A DNA stretch of 32,000 bases from Promethearchaeum syntrophicum (GTDB lineage Archaea > Asgardarchaeota > Lokiarchaeia > Sigyniarchaeales > Promethearchaeaceae), in NCBI RefSeq assembly GCF_008000775.2, contig NZ_CP042905.2:4290001-4322000 (forward strand). Direction: 5' to 3'. The position numbers and the translations under genes are program-made. Every line of letters starts with the position of its first letter. Positions within the stretch are counted from its first letter, which is position 1. The notes under the pieces were generated by a model. The model saw only the letters and a program-made list of their open reading frames with translations, had not been told where the DNA came from and did not search any database. This document shows positions 24,849-32,000 of this stretch, in pieces.

Positions 24849-25550
24849 TTAAATATGAAGGTAGTGACCGAACTTTTCTTGTTTGGTCTTGAGATAATTA
24901 GCATCATATTGTTGAGGTGGAATTTCCAATGGGACTCTTTCTGCAATTTCAATTCCATAGTCACCCAAAACCATTTTTTCCGGATTGTTGGTTAATAAGC
25001 GAACCGATTTCACTCCAATTTTCTTCAACATCTCCGCAGGGATTTCATAATTACGTTCGTCAGGTTTAAATCCCAGCAAAACATTCGCATCCAAAGTATC
25101 TACTCCATAATCCTGGAGCGCATAGGCTCGAAGTTTATTTACAAGCCCGATCCCGCGCCCCTCTTCTTGGTGATACAACAGAATACCTCTCGCTTCTTTT
25201 TCAATTAATTGAAGAGATGTATGTAATTGAGGACCGCAATCACATCGCTTGGAACCCAATGAGTCTCCCGTAAGGCATTTGGAGTGAATTCTTGTAAGAA
25301 TATTTTCTCCATCTTCGATGTCACCTTTAACTACCATAATATGTTCCTTATTATCTCGGCTGTTTACAAATGCTAAAATTTTAAATTGTCCATATTCGCT
25401 CGGAAAATCTGCTACTGAGACCAAACTCACACATATCGATTTACTGCATGCCCCACATTCCAGACTATGTGGTGAATCATAACATTGGCGGATAAAATTA
25501 ATATCTTGATTGATAATTTCATCAAATGTCGGTATTTTTACCATTTTCAT
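24849..25550 (-). CDS. ribA: GTP cyclohydrolase II (RibA type) with a Cys-containing N-terminal extension of ~40 aa
   Basis: RIHSKCLTGDSLGSKRCDCGPQL, RGILLYHQEEGRGIGLVNKLRAYALQD and VRLLTNNPEKM align residue for residue with E. coli RibA. Confidence 0.92.
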   Translation of the reverse strand: MKMVKIPTFDEIINQDINFIRQCYDSPHSLECGACSKSICVSLVSVADFPSEYGQFKILAFVNSRDNKEHIMVVKGDIEDGENILTRIHSKCLTGDSLGSKRCDCGPQLHTSLQLIEKEARGILLYHQEEGRGIGLVNKLRAYALQDYGVDTLDANVLLGFKPDERNYEIPAEMLKKIGVKSVRLLTNNPEKMVLGDYGIEIAERVPLEIPPQQYDANYLKTKQEKFGHYLHI

Positions 25551-25753
25551 TACTTTAATAAGTTCGTTAGGACTTAAATTTTGACTTTAATTCTGAGAAT
25601 GAAATCAACTTATTACCTTTTTTCTAATACCTCAGAATCTCCTATTCTTTTTAAAAAAAGTTACGTCAATTCTCAAAATTATTTAAGAGTCGAAAAAGAG
25701 AAAGAATCAATTAAACCTGATTAATTTTTAAAATATCATTAGAAGAAAGAAAA

Positions 25754-25869
25754 TGTAGGGAGAGGGATTTGAACCCTCGTTTCACTAAGAACTGGAGCCT
25801 CGGTCCAGCGCCGTTTTGACCAATTTTGGTATAACACCAAAAATGTAGACCATGCTTGGCTATCCCTAC
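25754..25869 (-). tRNA. tRNA-Leu (anticodon GAG), class II, with a ~30-nt insertion (putative non-canonical intron) in the D-loop
   Basis: Hand fold.
- Acceptor: GTAGGGA/TCCCTAC
- Discriminator: A
- D arm: GCC...GGC, interrupted by TACATTTTTGGTGTTATACCAAAATTGGTC
- Anticodon stem: CTGGA/TCCAG
- Anticodon loop: CC-GAG-GC
- Long variable arm: TTC-TTAGT-GAA
- T arm: GAGGG-TTCAAAT-CCCTC
The gene is 116 nt, and 86 nt without the insertion. Confidence 0.8.
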
Positions 25870-25911
25870 ATAAAAAAGTATGATCTAACAAATCATTCAT
25901 AAAAAATAAAT

Positions 25912-27846
25912 TTATCTATCTTTATTTGTTTCTGTTTCAACCATTTTTCGAACTTCAATTTCTTGGAAAATCATAATCAAACCATTGATGATTAAAATTA
26001 TCCCAAAGGTAATGAATATGATGAAAAATAAAACTTTAAGAAATTCTGAGTCTTGATTGCTAAATGAGGGGAGATGAGAAGATAATATAAAAATATCATT
26101 CAATATTAAAATCCCATAGACTAATAGAACCAAACCTATAAATATTAGAATACTAGCCCCTACAAAATTTAATCTCCGAGCAATTATTTCTTCTTTTTCT
26201 GAATGGTGAGTTATCCCACCGATTACTATGGTTTTCTCATCCTTCAAGAGTTTCGGTAAAATCCTTCGAATTGTAAAAAGATCGAATAATAAAGATATAA
26301 TCCCAATACATCCCATCAAATAGATTGAAATATTAAAGAAGAGTAGATCTGAGCCGTTAAAAGAAACTTTTATAGATAAAATACTCCAAAGTAGGATTAA
26401 AATAATGCTGATACCAAATTTACTACCGTTTAAAAGTAATAATAAATGAGTACGACGCGCAATACTAAAAAGGTAATAAATTATTCCCATTAGGATTAAA
26501 ATGATTCCAACTATTACACCTAGAAATCCTATGTCGGTGGAAAACATTGAAAATATTAAGATGAGACTTGCAATTATTGCCATAATGGGTATAAATGGAT
26601 ATAATGGAACCTTCCAAGGGCGAATAAGGTTTGAACGTGTATTTCTGAGAATAATTAAAGATATAGATAGGATTACCATAGATAATAAAAAGATAAAATT
26701 ACCTATCTCGGAAATCAAATTGATATCAGCAATAAATGTAATTATAATTATAAGCACAAAAGATGAACCCATAGCTACCCATTGAACTTGTTTTTTATTT
26801 TTTTTCAAAAATCCTTTATTTAAAAATCCGTCTCTTGCCATTGAATGGAGTAAGTGGGTGGACATTTGAAATCCTGAATTGATTGATGTAGTAGTTGCAA
26901 TCATACCAATTAAACCAATAAAATAAATGCCGAAGTTTCCAAATCCAAGACCGAATATATCTGCTAAAGGAGCATCAGATTGGTCTAAAATGATAGAATT
27001 CCAAGAATTTGATGATGTACTTCCAAGATTAATTAATGCAACAAAGCTAACTAACCAATAAATAACAATTCCGATTATAATGGATATTAGATATACCCGC
27101 GGAATAGTTTTTCTCGGTTCTTTAATTTCATCAAATTTAGTAGTAAGTGATTCAAAAGTAGAATTCCATTCATAAACGCAGAAAAAAACAAAGGAATATG
27201 CAGCGGTTGATAAGATTGGTCCAATTTCCATCCGTTCTTGAAAAATTTCAAATCCAAAATCATTATTTAGAGAACTTCCTAGAAAACCGCCCAATATAAT
27301 AAAGGTAATAAATCCAAATAGGAGAGTGTAGGTTAGAATCTTCATTATGCTATTAAGTTTATCGGGATAATATAAAGTAAAGACAAAAAAGAACAGAAGA
27401 ACTGCAAACCCGATAATAGAAACCGTAGTTGAGTTCAAAGAATTAACTGGAAGAAACACGGTCAGAGATAAGGCAAATCCAATTCCTGATAATGCAGTAA
27501 ATAATAAATTTCCAATCCACATTCCCCAACCGATTAGAAACCCCGAAAGACCGCCTATAGCTTCTTTTGAGAAAGAGTAGCCACCACCGGCTATCGGCAA
27601 AGACAAAGCAAGCTCACTGTAGATCATTATAAATAAGATCATAAGAAGTCCGCTAAGGATCAAAGAAATAAGGAGACCAGAATTAGCCTTTAATATAACA
27701 ATCCCCAGAATGGCGAAAATTGGTCCTCCAATAGTCCCCCCCAGAGCTTGCTTGAGCATTCCCAACATGCCCATTTTCTTTTGGTTTTTTTTTGAGAGTG
27801 TTACTGAAGGTTCTATTTCTTCATCAATTGCCATATCTAAAAACAT
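25912..27846 (-). CDS. APC-superfamily amino-acid/polyamine permease with about four extra C-terminal TM helices
   Basis: The N-terminus (LGGTIGGPIFAILG) and SELALSLPIAGGGYSF are typical of the APC family. There are about 12 core TM helices plus a ~200 aa hydrophobic C-terminal extension. I chose the internal Met (MFLDMAIDEE) as the start, to avoid overlap with the divergent gene. Confidence 0.8.
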   Translation of the reverse strand: MFLDMAIDEEIEPSVTLSKKNQKKMGMLGMLKQALGGTIGGPIFAILGIVILKANSGLLISLILSGLLMILFIMIYSELALSLPIAGGGYSFSKEAIGGLSGFLIGWGMWIGNLLFTALSGIGFALSLTVFLPVNSLNSTTVSIIGFAVLLFFFVFTLYYPDKLNSIMKILTYTLLFGFITFIILGGFLGSSLNNDFGFEIFQERMEIGPILSTAAYSFVFFCVYEWNSTFESLTTKFDEIKEPRKTIPRVYLISIIIGIVIYWLVSFVALINLGSTSSNSWNSIILDQSDAPLADIFGLGFGNFGIYFIGLIGMIATTTSINSGFQMSTHLLHSMARDGFLNKGFLKKNKKQVQWVAMGSSFVLIIIITFIADINLISEIGNFIFLLSMVILSISLIILRNTRSNLIRPWKVPLYPFIPIMAIIASLILIFSMFSTDIGFLGVIVGIILILMGIIYYLFSIARRTHLLLLLNGSKFGISIILILLWSILSIKVSFNGSDLLFFNISIYLMGCIGIISLLFDLFTIRRILPKLLKDEKTIVIGGITHHSEKEEIIARRLNFVGASILIFIGLVLLVYGILILNDIFILSSHLPSFSNQDSEFLKVLFFIIFITFGIILIINGLIMIFQEIEVRKMVETETNKDR

Positions 27847-27878
27847 GCTTTTATGTCTTAAAAATATATGATTAAATA

Positions 27879-28385
27879 ATGGGAAAAAAGAATTTAAAAA
27901 ATGAAGATATTGAAAAAGAACTTGCACAAGTTGATGAAATTTCGAATATTGAAGATATTCCAGATGACATTTTACTCAATGAAGATTTGGATGACCCCTT
28001 ACTTGATGAAATGGATGCGATTTTACATGGAAAAGAATACAAACCAAAGCCTAAACCTGAACTTAAGGAAAAATTATATAAAAACTCCAAAAATCAGGAA
28101 GGGTCTAAATCAAATTCAACCAATATTTCTAATAATATCGAAATCCCCCAACAAATTGTAAAGGAATTCACCATTTTCCTATTAAAAAAATCAAAAAGCT
28201 TTGAAGAAATGTCATTTCAAACAATTCTTAGGAAAATTCCCAAGGAATGGCAATTTACAGAGTTAATTTTAATTGATACAATAGAGAGTATAATTGAAAA
28301 AAAAGGAATTACATCTTTTAATATGAAAATGACCGCTAATTCTCTTAAATTTTATCCAATTAAGAAGAAAAAAAACAATAAGTGA
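27879..28385 (+). CDS. Hypothetical protein: acidic N-terminus, KP-rich linker, winged-helix-like C-terminus
   Basis: 168 aa. The regions are EDIPDDILLNEDLDDPLLDEMDAIL, KPKPKPELKEK, and a C-terminal ~70 aa with a helix-helix-helix-wing pattern. No named family recognised. Confidence 0.5.
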   Translation: MGKKNLKNEDIEKELAQVDEISNIEDIPDDILLNEDLDDPLLDEMDAILHGKEYKPKPKPELKEKLYKNSKNQEGSKSNSTNISNNIEIPQQIVKEFTIFLLKKSKSFEEMSFQTILRKIPKEWQFTELILIDTIESIIEKKGITSFNMKMTANSLKFYPIKKKKNNK

Positions 28386-28393
28386 TTAGAAAA

Positions 28394-29203
28394 ATGAATC
28401 CAGTCCCAACTTTCTATTTCATTTTAGATAAAAATCATAATTTTCTCGTGGAAAGTGTTGAAGGAAGAAAAGATCAAGAAAAATATTTTCCAAAAATTTC
28501 AGCTAAATTTAAAAAGAAACTCCAGGAGTCATTTCCGGAACAATTTCTTCTAAATCAGAATTTTCATCTAAAAATATTAAATAATACTGTTATTTTTGAA
28601 GTAATATTACTCAAACAAGAAATTAAACCAGAATTCCCCAATTTAAGATGGGTTTCAATATCAAAGATTACAGATAATGTAAATGTGGTTATTAATTCAA
28701 CTGAAAAAATAAGTATAGCCCCCGGTAAAATTCAAGAGATTTATTATTCAGAAGTTTTACAAGGGTATTCGCTGAAGGGAAAAGATTTTGAGGTATGGCA
28801 TTTTTGTAATAATGAATCTGATGCAAATAATCTTGCTGAATTGGTGAGAAAAGGGATAAAATGTGCGACAGCCAGTCTTTATGATGTTTATCAAGCAGAA
28901 AATGAACCGATCCCATCAATAGGTTCTCATTCAGTGATAATTAATTATGATGGTTTACCTCAATCCATAATTCGAACAACTAAGGTAGATATAGTTCCTT
29001 TTGAAGAAGTTTCCGCTGACTTTGCCAGAATTGAAGGTGAAGGTGATAAATCTTTGAACTATTGGCGTCGCGTGCATAATGAGTTTTTTTCAGAAGAATC
29101 CAAAGTATATAATGTGGCTTTCACGCCTAGAAGTTTAGTGATATGTGAACAATTTGAAGTGGTAAAAATTATTATTGAAAACAAAGAAAAAACTCATATA
29201 TAG
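28394..29203 (+). CDS. ASCH (PUA-like, YhfF/YqfB-type) domain protein with an uncharacterised N-terminal domain of ~130 aa
   Basis: The C-terminal half fits the ASCH/YhfF pattern: WHFCNNESDANNLAELVRKGIKCATASL...PIPSIGSHSVIINYDG...VPFEEVSADFARIEGEGDKSLNYWRRVHNEFF. The start is ATG 28394 (GTG 28382 is also possible). Confidence 0.7.
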   Translation: MNPVPTFYFILDKNHNFLVESVEGRKDQEKYFPKISAKFKKKLQESFPEQFLLNQNFHLKILNNTVIFEVILLKQEIKPEFPNLRWVSISKITDNVNVVINSTEKISIAPGKIQEIYYSEVLQGYSLKGKDFEVWHFCNNESDANNLAELVRKGIKCATASLYDVYQAENEPIPSIGSHSVIINYDGLPQSIIRTTKVDIVPFEEVSADFARIEGEGDKSLNYWRRVHNEFFSEESKVYNVAFTPRSLVICEQFEVVKIIIENKEKTHI

Positions 29204-29224
29204 TAAAAATCATATTATGTAAAT

Positions 29225-29734
29225 ATGGCTATGCTATACGATGATGAGCACTTCTGTAAACATTGCAATAAAAAAGTTGCTCATGTCCATTTTTGCACCC
29301 CAGCAGAGGAATCTAAGAAATTTAAATGCGAATATTGTGAAACTGAAAACATTAACCACCGTCATATGTGTTCTGAGAAATTGAAACACATTAAATTCTA
29401 CTGTAAAAATTGTGGAGCAGTTGCTGTGGATGAAACTCATGTATGTAATCCAATACCAATAGAAGAAGAATTGAAAGAACATTGGGATAAAATTAGTGAA
29501 AAATCAGAGTCTGAAGTTTTAACTTCTTGTGGTATATGTGGACAACCCGTAAGTCCTCCCGGTCATTATTGTGATCAGAAATTTCCTTACGTTTGTAAGT
29601 ATTGCGGGCAGGAAATCACTGCTGGTTATCACCAATGTAAAAAAAAATCAGGAAAATATAAATTTATTTGTAAAACGTGTGGTCGATTAGGCGTTAAATC
29701 AACAGATGTTTGCGCACCGGCTCCGATTGATTAA
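29225..29734 (+). CDS. Cys/His-rich protein made of six CxxC-x8-(H/D)xC units (putative multi-zinc-knuckle protein)
   Basis: 169 aa. The six units are CKHC..HFC, CEYC..HMC, CKNC..HVC, then an acidic linker, then CGIC..HYC, CKYC..HQC and CKTC..DVC. Confidence 0.7.
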   Translation: MAMLYDDEHFCKHCNKKVAHVHFCTPAEESKKFKCEYCETENINHRHMCSEKLKHIKFYCKNCGAVAVDETHVCNPIPIEEELKEHWDKISEKSESEVLTSCGICGQPVSPPGHYCDQKFPYVCKYCGQEITAGYHQCKKKSGKYKFICKTCGRLGVKSTDVCAPAPID

Positions 29735-30025
29735 AATTAGACTTATTTACATAATTTTTTCTTATTTTTGGCTAAAATTCCATATATTTATGAAAAACTT
29801 CTCGCATCAGTTACCCTAGGATTAACCTAGTATTATCATCATCGGTTCATTATAAACCTAAGACTTCCTCTGATTTCATCATCTGCAATTAAATAAAAAA
29901 TCAAACAAATGAAAAATTTTGGTATTTTGAATTTGATAAAGTGAAAGAGATGAAAAAGGTTTTAAAATGGTAAAAATCAAATGTAGATCAAATTGAAATT
30001 TGAATAAATTAAATGGTTAAAAAAA

Positions 30026-30982
30026 ATGGTCGTTATAGCAGATGGACGGTTTGAACTACCAGAAAGATACTTGTATTCTTCACAACATGTTTTTTTGGAT
30101 ACAAAAAAAAAGATCGCGGGTCTGGATCAAATAGGATATGCATATTTATCTAACCCCACTGAATTCAAAGTCTTAGTTGAAGAGAAGGTACAAATGAATG
30201 AACCTATTGCAGTTATTACAACCGATCGTGGAATTACGACACTTTATTCTCCATGTGCGGGAAAAATTAAAACTATAAACCAAGATCCTTTAAAAAATAT
30301 GGAATTGGATACTTATACGAAAGGTTTTATCTTGGAATTTGAATCAATTTCTGAAATTGACCCAACACTAATCACTGGAGATAAAATTGAACCTTGGGCT
30401 AATCATGAAGTAAAAACATTACTCAAAAATGAATATTCATTTAAAGTTATCGAAATTGGGGATTCAGCAGCAGGTAAAACCGCAATAAAAGTTAGATTCA
30501 CCGATGATTATTTTAAGCAGGATCTAAAAACAACTTTAGGTGTCGATTTCGGATCCAAAGAATTAAAATGTGAATATATAGCAGACGACACATTATTTGC
30601 AGGGGTGTATCATTTTAATGCAAAATTGAATGTATGGGATGCTGCAGGACAAGCTCACTTCGAAAAAATTCGCGGAATGTATTATAGGGATGCTAAAGGA
30701 GCCCTACTTTGTTTTGATGTTAACAATCCAGTTTCATTTAAGAATTTGGATACTTGGGTTGATGAATTAGATGAAAATGTTGGACGGAAGGTGCCAGTAT
30801 TATTAGTGGGCAATAAAATTGACTTAGAACGCCGTGTGAAGGCTAAAGATGCAGAAGATTATGCAGAAAAGCGAGGTTTCATTGGTTATGTGGAATGTTC
30901 TGCCAAAACAGGCATCGGTATTCAAGAAGCATTTATGAAATTAGCTCTTGCGATTTATAAATATGAAGAAGGTTTAAGTTAA
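30026..30982 (+). CDS. Rab/Ras-like small GTPase fused to an N-terminal GcvH-like (lipoyl-fold, non-lipoylatable) domain
   Basis: GTPase motifs:
- G1: GDSAAGKT
- G2: TTLGVDF
- G3: WDAAGQ
- G4: GNKIDL
- G5: CSAKTG
The first ~130 aa fit the H-protein pattern (YSSQHVFL..IAGLD...EPIAVITTDRGITTLYSPCAGKIKTINQD...KGFILEFE). There is no C-terminal CaaX. Confidence 0.88.
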   Translation: MVVIADGRFELPERYLYSSQHVFLDTKKKIAGLDQIGYAYLSNPTEFKVLVEEKVQMNEPIAVITTDRGITTLYSPCAGKIKTINQDPLKNMELDTYTKGFILEFESISEIDPTLITGDKIEPWANHEVKTLLKNEYSFKVIEIGDSAAGKTAIKVRFTDDYFKQDLKTTLGVDFGSKELKCEYIADDTLFAGVYHFNAKLNVWDAAGQAHFEKIRGMYYRDAKGALLCFDVNNPVSFKNLDTWVDELDENVGRKVPVLLVGNKIDLERRVKAKDAEDYAEKRGFIGYVECSAKTGIGIQEAFMKLALAIYKYEEGLS

Positions 30983-30987
30983 ATTCA

Positions 30988-32000
30988 TTAAGCTTTTTTT
31001 TTATGGGAACGAATAAGCCCTTTAATTAGAGAAATTCTTAGTAAAGCAGTAGATAAGATAAAAGACTGAAATATGGGTGCTAGTGGTGTAAAATTGGATT
31101 CAAAATTAACCACAGAAATCCTAGGTTCATCTTGAAAATTCTTTATTAAATGAGTATTATTACTAATTAATGCCATGCTTCCAGCGCGATTTAGGATTAG
31201 ATCTACTAGACGGGGAAGCGTATCTTTTTCAGTTTCTCCTGGTTCAAAAGCTCCAATCATAATGCATTTTATTTTTGTATTAATTGCTTTTCTTTCAAAA
31301 ATTTGAAAGGGTCCATGAAAAAAGAGACCTAAAGATATCCCTTCACACATTGAACCGATAAAACTGTTTGCGTTAAGTGCTAATAATTTGCAGGAAGATT
31401 CGCTTACAGGATCTCGAGAAATTAAATATACAATTTTAAAATCTTGACCTAAGAAATCAACTAAAATCTTTGTTTGTGTAGGTTCAACTTTTCTATATTC
31501 TTTTAATTCCGATATAAATTTCATAATTTTACTATGGATGTCTTCGGAAATTGGATCTTTTCCAAGTAATATCTGTGAAATGAAATAAAGGACTACAATT
31601 GTATGCGGAAAAGATTTTGATGACAAAACTATTTCAGAATCAAGATATATAGGAAGATTTATTCCACAATAGGAAGAAATGGGTGATTTTTTATTATTTG
31701 TTACTAACCATATAAGGTTTGGATCTATGTTTAGTATGTGTAATTGCTCAATTGCATTTTTTAATAAACGAGATTTACCAGATGTGGAAATAAAGATATA
31801 CAGGGTGCTTGTATCATATTCCTTAGGAAGAAAATAATCATAAAATTCGGTCATTTCAATATTCTGCCACGTAAAAGAGACACTTTCCTTGTCATTCATT
31901 AAAAGATATTTTGGAATTTCAGAGGCGAAAAAATTGAATGTATTTCCAATAAACACAACATGAGAGAACTGTAATGTTGATAGAATTTCTTGAATATGGT
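30988..32000 (-). CDS. SIS-domain sugar-phosphate isomerase-like protein (two SIS-like halves), 5' end outside the window
   Basis: LYIFISTSGKSRLLKNAIEQL fits the SIS motif (iSxSGxT). The reading frame stays open from the GTG at 31956 to the window edge (..HIQEILSTLQFSHVVFIGNT..), so the gene is probably truncated by the window. Confidence 0.55.
   Translation of the reverse strand, partial: HIQEILSTLQFSHVVFIGNTFNFFASEIPKYLLMNDKESVSFTWQNIEMTEFYDYFLPKEYDTSTLYIFISTSGKSRLLKNAIEQLHILNIDPNLIWLVTNNKKSPISSYCGINLPIYLDSEIVLSSKSFPHTIVVLYFISQILLGKDPISEDIHSKIMKFISELKEYRKVEPTQTKILVDFLGQDFKIVYLISRDPVSESSCKLLALNANSFIGSMCEGISLGLFFHGPFQIFERKAINTKIKCIMIGAFEPGETEKDTLPRLVDLILNRAGSMALISNNTHLIKNFQDEPRISVVNFESNFTPLAPIFQSFILSTALLRISLIKGLIRSHKKKA

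Noticed and set aside
2365-29482. Other short track ORFs nested in or antisense to long genes: 2365-2562, 3660-3878, 4743-4949, 8970-9155, 14431-14661, 15207-15449, 18409-18639, 20321-20587, 21310-21516, 22484-22816, 23940-24131, 24298-24537, 24574-24765, 26501-26785, 27872-28090, 27901-28161, 28692-28919, 29234-29482
   Set aside because: Each lies inside or opposite a motif-supported gene (or in a promoter gap), has low-complexity composition, and shows no recognisable motif. I treat them as spurious.
29807-29884. A C/D-box sRNA-like arrangement on the minus strand in the 290-bp gap upstream of the GTPase gene (two ATGATGA boxes at 29836-29843 and 29876-29884, plus a CTGA at 29807-10)
   Set aside because: The spacings (about 32 nt and 25 nt) do not fit the ~12-nt guide spacing of archaeal C/D sRNAs, and there is no proper D' box or terminal stem. 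These are probably chance motifs in AT-rich DNA.
1-32000. CRISPR arrays, rRNA genes, transposases/integrases, and prophage or defence-island signatures
   Set aside because: I looked for regularly spaced direct repeats, GC-rich structured-RNA patches outside the two tRNAs, and integrase or transposase motifs, and found none. The only tandem repeats are the 319-bp cassette duplication and the 10-bp triple repeat.

Overview
A visibly AT-rich archaeal chromosomal segment, densely packed with about 30 genes and 2 tRNAs on both strands. The archaeal assignment rests on TFB/TFIIB, a 20S proteasome beta subunit, RtcB, an archaeal-type SepF, a tRNA carrying an insertion outside the anticodon loop, and oligo-T terminators. 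A Rab/Ras-like small GTPase and a possible gelsolin-like domain point to an Asgard (Lokiarchaeia-like) host; this is inference, since no search was possible. I saw no transposase, integrase, CRISPR array, rRNA or clear defence island.

Confident housekeeping calls:
- psmB
- malQ (GH77)
- an smc-scpA-scpB-like operon followed by sepF
- a cold-shock-domain protein
- a gamma-class N6-adenine DNA methyltransferase
- tfb
- tRNA-Thr(CGU)
- an M18 aminopeptidase
- rtcB
- ribA
- tRNA-Leu(GAG)
- an APC permease

Observations most worth a second look:
1. The SMC ATPase head motifs read more like eukaryotic SMC5/6 than canonical prokaryotic SMC. The gene sits in a coupled operon with a kleisin and a kite, preceded by a degenerate pseudo-AAA+ gene.
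2. A Rab-like GTPase is fused to an N-terminal GcvH-like domain that lacks the lipoyl lysine.
3. A gelsolin-like N-terminal domain is fused to a 4-TM domain, and its gene overlaps the start of an orphan methyltransferase gene.
4. tRNA-Leu carries a ~30-nt D-loop insertion and has C33.
5. The proteasome beta subunit has Thr1 replaced by Ala.
6. One protein is built from six CxxC-x8-HxC units.
7. A tandemly duplicated small-membrane-protein cassette has a 43-nt leader that is 100% identical between copies while the coding sequence has diverged.

All family assignments come from reading motifs by eye; no database search was run.
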